A stretch of DNA of 32,000 bases, taken from Thermococcus kodakarensis KOD1. Its GTDB lineage: Archaea; Methanobacteriota_B; Thermococci; Thermococcales; Thermococcaceae. Below the pieces are notes generated by a model that was not told where the DNA came from, ran no database searches, and saw nothing but the letters and a program-made list of their open reading frames with translations. The translations under genes and the position numbers were made by a program. Location: positions 1,950,001 through 1,982,000 of the forward strand of contig NC_006624.1 of assembly GCF_000009965.1 (NCBI RefSeq), given 5' to 3'. Every line of letters starts with the position of its first letter. The first letter of the stretch is position 1. Below, piece after piece: positions 1 to 8,748 of the stretch.

Positions 1-1084
1 TTTCCTTGGACGAGACGAGGCTTTCGGTCTGGTTTATGTAAGAGTTCACACTAGTCAGGAGGTTCGCAACGTCCTCCGGGCTCTCAACGCTGATGTACCA
101 GTCGACGTGCCTCAGGACTATTCTCGCCTGAAAGTTCTTGCTGAGGGCCGTGTAATACATTCCAGAGTCCAAGGCTTCTTTAGCGCCGTCGAGTATGACC
201 TTAGCCTGGTCCAGGGCCTCTTTGAGGACTGTATATGCCGTGTAGTCAACGTTGCTCTTTTTGAGCTTCTCCCTGACGCTCTCGTAGTAAGCGGTGGTGT
301 TCTGATAGTCCTTAACGGCATCGTCCTTGAGGAAGGAGGTGTCTATGAAGACGTTGGCTGGTGCCTTCGGCTTCGGGAGCGCGTGGCCGGTGAAGTAATA
401 GACGGCCTCGTATATGTCGCTTACTTCCTTAACCTCGAGGCCCCAGCGCTCCTTTGCGTATTCGACTACATCAACCTTTTCGCTCTTCGTCTGTACAACC
501 TGAACTATTCCACCTATGGTTTTCTGCTGGGTCTCTTGGATGACCTGAATCCTCTGGCCTTTGGGGATGAGGAAAAGCTTTGCCCCGACCGAAGCGGCCG
601 CTGAAGCCTTTTCAAGGATTCCACCGACGGGGCCTATCGTTCCGTCAGGGTTTATCATTCCAGTCATCATCACCTTGGGGTTTACCTCCCACCCCATGAG
701 AGCTGCGATTATACCCACTGTCATTGTTCCTCCTGCCGATGGCCCGCCTATGATCGGAGTGTCCGTTTTGACCTGTATGAAGACGTCGTACTTGCTCATG
801 TCCTTGCCAGTCACCTTTCCAGCTATTTGGGCCGCCAGCCTCGCGCTTGCCTGCATGTCAACCTCTGAGAGAGGCCAGGTCTCGACGTAAACGTGCCCGC
901 TACCAGGAGCGACGGTTATCACGAAGTCCGTTGCGACACCGACGAGCCGTCCATCCGGGGTTTTTGAGACTGCCGGCGCCTTCAGGACAACTGTGGTTCC
1001 CTCTGAGGGACACTGCGCCTTCACTGGGGTTAAGAACGACGCTATGAGGAACACTGCCAGCAGGATTGATAACGCTCGTTTCAT
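1..1084 (-). CDS. Exported Lon-type (S16-like) serine protease, N-terminal 361 codons; the 3' end lies beyond the window start
   Basis: Absent from the ORF track because it is open at the window edge. Reverse-strand ATG at 1084-1082 is preceded by CTGGTGGTGATT (GGTGAT SD). The translation starts MKRALSILLAVFLIASFLTPVKAQ (signal peptide). It continues ...DTPIIGGPSAGGTMTVGIIAAL...GPVGGILEKASAA, matching the Lon proteolytic-domain Ser (GPSAG, about 729-749) and Lys signature. No AAA+ module precedes it. Confidence 0.75.
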   Translation of the reverse strand, partial: MKRALSILLAVFLIASFLTPVKAQCPSEGTTVVLKAPAVSKTPDGRLVGVATDFVITVAPGSGHVYVETWPLSEVDMQASARLAAQIAGKVTGKDMSKYDVFIQVKTDTPIIGGPSAGGTMTVGIIAALMGWEVNPKVMMTGMINPDGTIGPVGGILEKASAAASVGAKLFLIPKGQRIQVIQETQQKTIGGIVQVVQTKSEKVDVVEYAKERWGLEVKEVSDIYEAVYYFTGHALPKPKAPANVFIDTSFLKDDAVKDYQNTTAYYESVREKLKKSNVDYTAYTVLKEALDQAKVILDGAKEALDSGMYYTALSKNFQARIVLRHVDWYISVESPEDVANLLTSVNSYINQTESLVSSKE

Positions 1085-1144
1085 AATCACCACCAGAACC
1101 TTGGTAGTTTTTAACCGTATAAGCTCTTCGGTTTTTAGGCTGGC

Positions 1145-1157
1145 AAAATGATATAAA
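1145..1157 (+). promoter_or_regulatory. Candidate BRE/TATA element for tldD (AAAATGATATAAA)
   Basis: AT-rich TATA-like box about 33 nt upstream of the ATG at 1190. AGGTGA SD at 1178-1183. The divergent S16 gene has its own TTAAAAA-type element on the other strand around 1105-1125. Confidence 0.35.
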
Positions 1158-1189
1158 CCCAGCTCCGGACTGCCTCCAGGTGAGACGAG

Positions 1190-2557
1190 ATGGAAGTTGA
1201 GAGACTCATCAGGTCTGCGGAAGAGCTGGCGAGAAAGCACGGTATTGGTTATTATGAAATCAGGATTTCAAGGGTGGTCATGACCGAGGTGTCCATGAGC
1301 AACGGTCAGCTCAGGGGGCTTTCCAGTAACTCCGAGACGGGAATAGGCGCGAGGGCCTTCAACGGAGCGTGGGGATTCTCAAGCGCAAACGACTTTGAAA
1401 GGTTTGAGAAAGCGATAGAAACAGCCATGAAAATAGCCAAGCTCTCCCGGGGAGAGTCAAAGATATACACTGGCGATCCCGTTGTTGATGATGCCGAGAT
1501 GCCCGTGAAAAGGCCCTTCTCCGATATAAACATTGAAGAAAAGGTTGCCCTTGTGAAGGAGACCGATTCCATGCTGACTGGCGAGAGAATAGTGAACAGG
1601 AACGTCTCTTACCGCGATACTGTTGTGGAAACCTTCTATTTCAACTCCCTGGGGAGCGAGATAAGGACGGTTGTTCCCAGGATACGCTTCGGGTTTTCCG
1701 TAACTGCGAAGGAGAACGGGGAGATGCAGCAGTACTGGAAGAGCTTCGGGGGAACGCTGGGCTGGGAGATGGTTGAGGGAATTGACATTTCTCACTGGAC
1801 TTCCCTGGTAGTTGAAAAAGCGAGGGCGCTGTTAAAAGCCAGTTCTCCCCCGTCGGGCGAGTTCCAGGTGATAGCCGACCCGGAGCTTACGGGCCTCTTC
1901 ATCCATGAGGCGCTTGGACACGCAGTCGAGGCAGACCTCGTGAAGAACGGGGACAGCATTTTGGCCGGAAAACTCGGACAGAAGATAGCGGTTGATGGGC
2001 TTACAGTCGTTGATGACCCAACCCTCCCGGGCAAGTTCGGCTCCTACATCTACGACGACGAGGGAATAAGGGCCAAGAGGGTTGAGATTATTCGCGACGG
2101 CGTCCTGGTGAACTACCTCAACGACCGCGAGACGGCCCAGTACTTCGGCCTTGAGCCGAACGGCCACGGGAGGGCGCAGAGCTATGCCCACCAGCCCCTC
2201 GTAAGGATGGGCAACACATACGTCGAAGCTGGCGACTGGTCGTTCGAGGAAATGCTTGAGGAGGTCAAATACGGGCTTTATATGATAGGCGACAAGGGAG
2301 GACAGGTGGATACCGCCAACGGAACCTTCACCTTCGGTGCGAGGGAAGGCTACATAATCGAGAACGGCGAGCTTAGGAAGATGGTGCGCGACGTTGCCCT
2401 CTCGGGAAAAATCCTTGACGTTCTCAAGAGCATCCGCGCCATTGGAAAGGACGTCAGGATTGAGTACCCTGGATACTGCGGCAAGGGGCAGTCGGTTCCC
2501 GTGGATGATGGCGGCCCGCACCTACTCACGAAGGCCCTTGTGGGGGGATTGAAATGA
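1190..2557 (+). CDS. tldD: TldD-family zinc metalloprotease
   Basis: 455 aa. HEALGHAVE (HExxxH) at 1904-1921. Typical TldD C-terminal GxxxGxC...GxP region. SD AGGTGA 7 nt upstream. The stop overlaps the next start by ATGA (2554-2557). Confidence 0.9.
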   Translation: MEVERLIRSAEELARKHGIGYYEIRISRVVMTEVSMSNGQLRGLSSNSETGIGARAFNGAWGFSSANDFERFEKAIETAMKIAKLSRGESKIYTGDPVVDDAEMPVKRPFSDINIEEKVALVKETDSMLTGERIVNRNVSYRDTVVETFYFNSLGSEIRTVVPRIRFGFSVTAKENGEMQQYWKSFGGTLGWEMVEGIDISHWTSLVVEKARALLKASSPPSGEFQVIADPELTGLFIHEALGHAVEADLVKNGDSILAGKLGQKIAVDGLTVVDDPTLPGKFGSYIYDDEGIRAKRVEIIRDGVLVNYLNDRETAQYFGLEPNGHGRAQSYAHQPLVRMGNTYVEAGDWSFEEMLEEVKYGLYMIGDKGGQVDTANGTFTFGAREGYIIENGELRKMVRDVALSGKILDVLKSIRAIGKDVRIEYPGYCGKGQSVPVDDGGPHLLTKALVGGLK

Positions 2558-3843
2558 TCGATGTCATTGAGAGCCTCGCTGAAATCCTGAACTCAAAGGA
2601 CGTTGAATGGGAAATCTACTGGGAGAGCGGGAGGAGCGGTTCCTTCAGGATAGAGCGTGAGACCCTCGACCGCTCTCAGAGGAAGTTCTACTCCGGCATT
2701 GGCCTAAGGGTGGGACTGAACGGAAAGCTCGGCTTCTCTTATATAACTGGCATCCACCACTCTCGTTCAGAGCTTGAAAAGTTCGTGGAGCGGACGATAA
2801 AGCTGGCCAAGGTAAGTGAGGTTCCTTTCAGGGGTTTCCCCGTTCCATCTAAAGTTCCCGAGGTCAAGGGAATATACGACAGAAAGATCGAAGAAATACC
2901 CTTTGAGGATGCCCACGCTCTCGCGCTCCAGTACGCTGAGAAAATGAGGGAGCTGAAGGAAAAAGAGACCCTTTCGGGCTCGATCTCCCTGGCCTTTGAG
3001 AGGTATGGTGTCGTGAACTCCAACGGAGTTGAGCTTGAAGCCTCTTCAACGTACATGGGGGTCTCTGCCTACGCGGTCAGGGAGGACACTCCAGGAAACG
3101 GGTCGTTCTACCAGAGCTACCGCTCCCTCCAGGGCATCGAAGCCCTTGAAGAGGCCATAATGAAAGCGAAGGAGGATGCAGAGCTAAGCGCCAGGGCGAA
3201 GAGGCTTGAACCCTACGAGGGAGAAGTAGTGCTGGAGCCAGAGGCCGTCCTGTCCATTGTGGAAGTCCTCCTTGAGAACTTCTACGGTGATGAGGTTTAC
3301 TACGGCAGGAGCAGGTTTTCCAGCTTCGGAGATAGGGTAGCTTCAGAGGACTTTACCCTCCTGGACGATTCAACGCTCGAAGGCCTTCCGGGAAGCTACC
3401 CCTTCGACGGCGAGGGCACTCCTGGGCAGAGAACCACACTGATTGAGAACGGTATTCTAAAGGGCTTTCTCCTCGACCATACTTACGCCTCCCTGCTCGG
3501 ACTTAAGAGTACTGGAAACGCAGTTAGAAGCTTCAGGACTGTTCCATCAATAGGATCGAGTAACCTCGTGGTCGAACCTGGGAAAGAAGGCCTGGAGGAC
3601 TTTGAAGGGATAATCATAAAGAACGTCTTCGGTGAGCACACCGCCAATCCGGTCAGCGGTGACTTTTCACTTCCAGTTGGTCTCGGCTACGTTGTCAGAG
3701 ATGGAGAGCTCGTTCCCTTCAAAGACAACATGCTCGTGGGCAACGTCTTTGATCTCCTAAAGACGGCCGAGCCTGGAAAGGCCATTAAAAGAATCTCCTC
3801 ATTTATGGCTCCGAGGGTTAAGGTTCACGCAAAGATTGTTTAA
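2554..3843 (+). CDS. pmbA: PmbA/TldE-family protein (non-catalytic partner of TldD)
   Basis: 429 aa and TldD-like in length and C-terminal Gly-rich region (HTANPVSGDFS, VGNVFDLL), but lacks HExxxH. Translationally coupled to tldD. Confidence 0.8.
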   Translation: MIDVIESLAEILNSKDVEWEIYWESGRSGSFRIERETLDRSQRKFYSGIGLRVGLNGKLGFSYITGIHHSRSELEKFVERTIKLAKVSEVPFRGFPVPSKVPEVKGIYDRKIEEIPFEDAHALALQYAEKMRELKEKETLSGSISLAFERYGVVNSNGVELEASSTYMGVSAYAVREDTPGNGSFYQSYRSLQGIEALEEAIMKAKEDAELSARAKRLEPYEGEVVLEPEAVLSIVEVLLENFYGDEVYYGRSRFSSFGDRVASEDFTLLDDSTLEGLPGSYPFDGEGTPGQRTTLIENGILKGFLLDHTYASLLGLKSTGNAVRSFRTVPSIGSSNLVVEPGKEGLEDFEGIIIKNVFGEHTANPVSGDFSLPVGLGYVVRDGELVPFKDNMLVGNVFDLLKTAEPGKAIKRISSFMAPRVKVHAKIV

Positions 3844-3873
3844 TTATTTGAACAATCTTCCGAGTTTCGATAC

Positions 3874-3879
3874 TTTTTT
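3874..3879 (+). terminator. Oligo-T tract after pmbA (TTTTTT); it overlaps a TTTTTATATT TATA-like box for the next gene
   Basis: A T6 run 31 nt after the stop. Archaeal termination typically uses oligo-T. Confidence 0.3.
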
Positions 3880-3904
3880 ATATTTCCTCGTTAAGTAACC
3901 ACAG

Positions 3905-4573
3905 GTGGTTGACGTGTCAGTGCTAAATCTCCGTGAGTTCTTGTCTGCCTTTTACCCCGGCGAGACAGTGATGATTGAGTACGACACGGTTTCAATGCCC
4001 GAAGTGCTGTTCTACCTCATATACCTGAACAGGGAAAACCGACCGGTGCTCATTGACGACGTTGCGGATACTCTCTGCGAGACTCTCACCAAACTTGAGT
4101 TCATGGGTTTTGACGTTTCCGGGTTCAACGATGTGCCCGTTATTAAAATAGGCGGTGGGGAAAGAAACTGCGGCAACGTCCTCGGCGAGGTTGACGTTGA
4201 CAGGTATTCTCTGGATATAAGCTACTACGGCAGGATAGTTGAGAAGGCGTCCTTCAATGACGTCGTTCTAAACCCAGTTCTCGGAGTCCACAAGCTCTTC
4301 CTGGCTCTCGAAAGGAGGGGGGCCCTCAGGCTCGTCAAGAACATAGCAACGTTTGAGGGCGACAAGAGGAGAATAGCCTTTTACTTCATCAACCGGGACG
4401 TGGTTGAGATGTCTTACCCCGAGCTTCTGCCTCTCCTAGAGGAGATTGCAAGCACGGTGATGAACTGGTCCTTTGAGGGTGAAGAATTCGTGCTTTACGT
4501 TTCAAAGTCCGCAAACCTGAATATTATGGGGAAAGGAATCTCTTTTACCCTCGATGAAATCTCTTCCCTTTAG
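3905..4573 (+). CDS. Hypothetical cytoplasmic protein, possibly a DUF257-type degenerate KaiC/RecA-like fold
   Basis: 222-aa ORF with GTG start (alternative GTG at 3914 after AGGTGG). No Walker motif, TM segment or signal peptide. The family assignment is from memory of Pyrococcus DUF257 proteins and is weak. Confidence 0.5.
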   Translation: MVDVSVLNLREFLSAFYPGETVMIEYDTVSMPEVLFYLIYLNRENRPVLIDDVADTLCETLTKLEFMGFDVSGFNDVPVIKIGGGERNCGNVLGEVDVDRYSLDISYYGRIVEKASFNDVVLNPVLGVHKLFLALERRGALRLVKNIATFEGDKRRIAFYFINRDVVEMSYPELLPLLEEIASTVMNWSFEGEEFVLYVSKSANLNIMGKGISFTLDEISSL

Positions 4574-4598
4574 CCCAAAGCTTTTAACTGCCCTCTCT

Positions 4599-4615
4599 TA
4601 TCACTTCTGGTGATA
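4599..4615. promoter_or_regulatory. Thermococcales glycolytic motif (TGM) operator: TATCAC-ttctg-GTGATA
   Basis: Perfect 6+6 inverted repeat with a 5-nt spacer. It lies 10 nt downstream of a TATA-like CTTTTAAC (4581-4588) and 2 nt upstream of the ATG at 4618. Confidence 0.7.
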
Positions 4616-4617
4616 CA

Positions 4618-6759
4618 ATGGGGAGACTGGTCTCGGTAGTGCTGATAGTCCTACTCCTTACTCCCATCGCCTCTGCCTGGGAAGTTCCCGAGCGGGGGAT
4701 AATATACCAGGTCATGGTGGATCGATTTTACGACGGCAACACCTCAAACAACGAACCGTTCTACGATCCGACTCACTCCAACTACCGCCTCTACTGGGGT
4801 GGAGATTTAGAGGGCCTCATTGAGAAGCTCGACTACATCAAGAGCCTTGGAGTCTCAATGATATGGGTCTCGCCGCTCAACGACAACATCAACTCCCTCG
4901 CCTACGGGAGCGCTCCCTATCACGGCTACTGGACGAGGGACTACAAGAGAATAGAGGAGCACTTTGGGGGCTGGGAGGACTTCAGGCGGCTCGTTAAGGA
5001 GGCCAAAAAGCGGGGAATCTGCATAATCGTTGACTACGTGCCCAACCACTCGAACCCGGTGAACTACGGTGAATATGGTGCCCTCTACGACAACGGCACC
5101 TTCCTGACGGACTACTTCAAGGACACGAAGAACGCTGAAGTGAACCCGATTACCGGAATCCGTGAGAACGTCTACCACCACAACGGCAACATCTACACCT
5201 GGAGCGGGATACCGCTTAAGTACGCAAACCTCTATGGCCTCGCCGATTTCAACCAGCTCAACCCGTGGGTGGATTCATACCTCACCGAGGGGGCCATGCT
5301 CTTCGTTGACTCGGGCGCCTGCGGCCTCAGAATAGACGCCGTAAAGCACATGGAGCTCGGCTGGCTCGAGACATTTTACCTCCGCCTCTACTCCAAGGGG
5401 CCGCTCTTCATCTACGGCGAGTACTTCACTCCCTCTCTCCAGAAGGGCGATGACCTCTACGAGTTCTACCGCTACTCGAACGTCTCCCCGGTTCTCAGTA
5501 TTCCAATCAGAGAGGACATTGTGAGGATCTTCGCCTTCTTCGGCGGTCTCGACAAGCTCTCCGAGGAGCTTGGAGATTATTACTCCCACTTCGTCTATCC
5601 AACAAAGGCTGTGAACTTTCTCGACAGCCACGACCTCGTCCGCTTTTTAAACGCTGGCGATAGAAAAGACGAAATTCAGCGCTTTCACATGGCTCTTGCA
5701 TTAACCCTAACTCTGCCGGGGATTCCTGTAATCTACTACGGCGACGAGAGCTACCTCGTTAGCAAGGACGGAAAGGGCGATCCCTACAACAGGCCGACGA
5801 TGGTCTTCGACAACACCACCGAAGCTTCCAGAATAATCCGCACTCTTGGGGGGCTGAGAAAGACCAACGACGCCCTTGTCTTCGGCGACTTCATGACTGT
5901 AACAGCATCCTACGAGACCTGGGCCTTTGAAAGAACCTTTGGGAACCACAGCCTTCTCGTGGTCATGAACAAGGGGCCTGCGGTCAACCTGACTTTCTCC
6001 GTAGACTGGCCCGATGGTAACTACCGCGACGCCCTCTACGGTGGAGAAATGGTCGTGTCGGGCGGGAAGGCTTCTGTTTATCTTCCACGGGACAGCGTCT
6101 ACGTCTTTCACATCGAGGGGGAACAGAAAAAGCCACTTATCGGCTCAATAACTCCCTATGCCGCCCGGCCTGGCCAGGAGATAGTAATCGGAGGTGCAGG
6201 GTTTGGAAAGGGTGGCAAGGTCATAATCGGCGGTAGGGAAGCAAAGGTTCTTTCCTGGGAAGACGGGAAGATAGTCGTTGAAGTCCCCAGGCTGGAGACC
6301 TCGGCGGCCTGGGTGAACGTTACGGTCGTTTCAGACGGAGGGAGAAGTCCCCCGAGGCCTCTCCGCTACTACTCAGGAAACGACGTTCCCGCGCTCATAG
6401 CCCTCAACGCCAGCCTCGTGGGGGAGGTCTCTGGGACGCTGTGGCTTAGCGGCGACCTTCCAGAGCTTGGAGAACCAAGGCCGCTCCTGAAGTCGTCAAT
6501 GGGCTACTACTTCACGGTTGCTCCACTACCAGAAGGCGTGCCGTTCTCAGTCAGGCTCTACGAGGGAAAAGCCTGGGGCGCTTTAAGGCCGCTGAACTTA
6601 ACCCTCTACGGCGTTGGGAACAGAACCGTTACCCTTACTGAGAAACCGCCCGGGGTTTCAGAGGGGCAAAAAGCTGGCCAGAAAGATGTTGCTCTCTATG
6701 CTCTCTCAGTGGTTATGATAGCGGCCTTGATTGCAGTAGTATGGAAACGAAAAGGGTGA
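4618..6759 (+). CDS. cgt: GH13 alpha-amylase-family enzyme, cyclomaltodextrin glucanotransferase-like, with signal peptide and C-terminal membrane anchor
   Basis: 713 aa. GH13 conserved regions are present: DYVPNH, GLRIDAVKHM, YGEYF and FLDSHD. These are followed by an IPT/TIG-like module (ITPYAARPGQEIVIGGAGFG...) and a CBM20-like module (LWLSGDLPELGEPRPL...). The C-terminus is a TM helix plus a KRKG tail. Length and architecture match my recollection of the Thermococcus CGTase. Confidence 0.88.
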   Translation: MGRLVSVVLIVLLLTPIASAWEVPERGIIYQVMVDRFYDGNTSNNEPFYDPTHSNYRLYWGGDLEGLIEKLDYIKSLGVSMIWVSPLNDNINSLAYGSAPYHGYWTRDYKRIEEHFGGWEDFRRLVKEAKKRGICIIVDYVPNHSNPVNYGEYGALYDNGTFLTDYFKDTKNAEVNPITGIRENVYHHNGNIYTWSGIPLKYANLYGLADFNQLNPWVDSYLTEGAMLFVDSGACGLRIDAVKHMELGWLETFYLRLYSKGPLFIYGEYFTPSLQKGDDLYEFYRYSNVSPVLSIPIREDIVRIFAFFGGLDKLSEELGDYYSHFVYPTKAVNFLDSHDLVRFLNAGDRKDEIQRFHMALALTLTLPGIPVIYYGDESYLVSKDGKGDPYNRPTMVFDNTTEASRIIRTLGGLRKTNDALVFGDFMTVTASYETWAFERTFGNHSLLVVMNKGPAVNLTFSVDWPDGNYRDALYGGEMVVSGGKASVYLPRDSVYVFHIEGEQKKPLIGSITPYAARPGQEIVIGGAGFGKGGKVIIGGREAKVLSWEDGKIVVEVPRLETSAAWVNVTVVSDGGRSPPRPLRYYSGNDVPALIALNASLVGEVSGTLWLSGDLPELGEPRPLLKSSMGYYFTVAPLPEGVPFSVRLYEGKAWGALRPLNLTLYGVGNRTVTLTEKPPGVSEGQKAGQKDVALYALSVVMIAALIAVVWKRKG

Positions 6760-6761
6760 AG

Positions 6762-7343
6762 TCAAATCTCCTCCAACAGCTTCTTTCTCTTTTCTTCGTA
6801 CTCCTCCTGGCTTATCACGCCCATGTCGTAGAGCTCCTTGAGCTTCTTCAGCTTTTCGAGCGGGTCTTCTTTCTCTTCCCGAACCTGGGCTGGCTGGTAA
6901 GCTGGCATAGTCCTCGTTACGAATTCCCTCGGCTTCTTCAGAACCCACGTCTCGCTGGTCAGCCCTTTGTTGACGTCTATTGAGACGGGTTCTACGGCTA
7001 TGGCGTTGAGGGCATCCTTTATGGCGTTTATCGCCTTTCTAGCTTCCTCCTTGTCCATCCAGCCAAGCTTGAGCGTTATGTTCTCCTCTCCCTCTATGAT
7101 AAATTCCGAGCTCATTATACCGAGCTTGACCACGACCTGCTCAAGCTTCTGGTATGGGATGGCCTTGAAGTCGTACCTTCCGAGAACTTTCTCGTCGAGG
7201 TATATTATCCTCCTGTCGGTAACGAGGAGCCACTTTGGCTTTTCGATGCTTATCTTCTTCTTTATGGCGAACAGAACCCTCTCATCCGGCTCAAGATGTC
7301 TTTGAACTGACTTTGGAAGTTTGGGGTTTTCCTCGACTCCCAT
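6762..7343 (-). CDS. Bacterial-type PH (bPH) domain protein with C-terminal SHOCT motif
   Basis: The track ORF 6762-7571 is trimmed to the ATG at 7343, which follows GGGTGATACGC (SD). The PH-like core is LEPDERVLFAIKKK...LLVTDRRIIYLDE. The C-terminal LEKLKKLKELYDMGVISQEEYEEKRKKLL is a SHOCT-type helix. The upstream 76 codons look non-coding. Confidence 0.7.
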   Translation of the reverse strand: MGVEENPKLPKSVQRHLEPDERVLFAIKKKISIEKPKWLLVTDRRIIYLDEKVLGRYDFKAIPYQKLEQVVVKLGIMSSEFIIEGEENITLKLGWMDKEEARKAINAIKDALNAIAVEPVSIDVNKGLTSETWVLKKPREFVTRTMPAYQPAQVREEKEDPLEKLKKLKELYDMGVISQEEYEEKRKKLLEEI

Positions 7344-7468
7344 GCGTATCACCCATGATGTCTCTGCGGTTATCGTATATGTACTTTGCTTCCATCCCCT
7401 CTTACAGTGCATCTTTGTTTCTATCTGTGGATTCCTCCAGTTAGGTAGCTCCCATACCAAGTGCACAC

Positions 7469-8415
7469 TTACCCGTCTAATTTCCTGAACCTTTCGGGCT
7501 TGATCTTTCCCAGGGGGTATATCCTCCAAACTCCCTCGACGCCTTTCCTGGGATTCACCCGGGCTGTCCACGCTTCAACTCTCTCCCTCTCTCGTGATTG
7601 AGAACTCAAAGCGAAGGGACCCTTGATATTACTCACGAGCTCCCCAGACTTCAGTTTTTGAACAATATCTTCCAACGGGACTTCTTCCAGCGTCCACGTT
7701 TTGTTGCTCGGGGCTTTTACTTTCGCCGTTGTTGAGACTGTAACATTGCCCGGGTAATGAGTGACCGCCCTAATCGTGCCGTTCTCTCCAGCTTATGAAC
7801 TCCAGTATTACATTCCTCTCAGGAACGCTCATGGGTGAAGGCAGGCGAAGCAAACCTCTGTATCCTAAGGGGGCCTCGTAGAATCCCGTGATCTCCCACT
7901 CTTCCCGTTATTTTGCCTGCTGATATTTCGCTGTCCTTGACGAGTACAAAGTTAACGTAGGTAGTGCTCTTCTTGGGGACTTTTTCAATCGATAGGTAGA
8001 TGCTCTCAATCTCCCCGTTCCTGTAAATTTTGCCCTTGTAGAGGAGTTCCCTGCAATTATCGCAGTTTTTGAAGTCCTTCAGCTTTTCTGGACTTGTTGC
8101 GAGGACTGAATAATTAAAGGGAGTCTTGCAGGTTATCTTGCTTCTCTTCATTCTCGGCCAGATCTTCAGAAACTTGTAAACCTTGAAAGTGTAAATACTG
8201 AGGGTCTTGTTTTCTGGATTGTAAAAAGCGAACTGGTACTTTCTGAACCCGTTAAAACCAGTTTGAGAGGAATAATAAGCGGTAAGAAGTTGCGAGTTTC
8301 CCCTAACTTGCTCCGGAATCTTTTGATAGAGATTGTCCATGCTCTCACTTGGGAGATAAAAATAGCTAAAGAAGAGAAAAACCAAAAAAGCGAGGACGAG
8401 CAACTTTCCCCTCAT
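7469..8415 (-). pseudogene. Fourth copy of the anchored-protein paralogue family, disrupted by two +1 frame changes
   Basis: ORF 7819-8415 (198 aa) aligns with the N-terminal half of the 324-aa paralogue. Examples: MRGKLLVLAFLVFLFF.. vs MKGKLLALAFLIFLFL.., and ..KITCKTPFNYS..KLKDFKNC.NCR.LLY. Similarity continues in a second frame (about 7778-7893, LLRLPSPMSVPERNVILEFI vs LLYLPGMMEDPMKGIILEIL). It then continues in the third frame (7469 to about 7790, KTWTLEEVPLE...VWRIYP vs ETWTLREVPWE...YWRIYP). Confidence 0.65.
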
Positions 8416-8424
8416 TTAACTTTA

Positions 8425-8748
8425 CCCCCAATCTACTAACCTCAACCTGCTCTCTGGCATGCATCCCCAATCATGGATCTCAGTATTGTTTTCATCCCAG
8501 AAGGCTTTAACCTGGCAGTACTGACTGCCGAAATACTTGCCGGAGGCATAACCTTCTGAAGTCACCATGATCTGCACGATTCCTGGCCCTTTTTCAATCT
8601 TCTCGAGTACTTCACGGATAATCTGACCATCTGTTTGCTTGTAAGCAGAGGCACTCCACTCAGGACTTTCTCCACTCCCTTTTAAGGTAATCCCTGGATA
8701 GTATGCGAGTACCTCAGAATTATACTGATCTACAGGCTTTTCCTTTAC
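8425..8748 (-). other. 108-codon stop-free continuation, in frame, directly after the TGA of the 8749-9345 gene
   Basis: Hand translation after TGA (8751-8749) gives VKEKPVDQYNSEVLAYYPGITLKGSGESPEWSASAYKQTDGQIIREVLEKIEKGPGIVQIMVTSEGYASGKYFGSQYCQVKAFWDENNTEIHDWGCMPESRLRLVDWG, then TAA at 8424-8422. There is no ATG near its 5' end. Confidence 0.6.

Noticed and set aside
107-1047. Three + strand ORFs (107-604, 561-890, 847-1047)
   Set aside because: They overlap the minus-strand S16 protease gene, which has a clear GPSAG/EK Lon signature, a signal peptide and an SD. The + strand products have no motifs and an odd composition.
1832-2521. 229-aa antisense ORF within tldD, plus smaller antisense ORFs at 1306-2034
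   Set aside because: The opposite strand encodes an unmistakable TldD (HEALGH). This is an antisense artefact.
7344-7571. N-terminal 76-codon extension of the PH-SHOCT ORF (track start at 7571)
   Set aside because: An internal ATG at 7343 has a GGGTGAT SD and a TATA-like box about 35 nt upstream. The extension overlaps the tail of the decayed paralogue and has non-protein-like composition.
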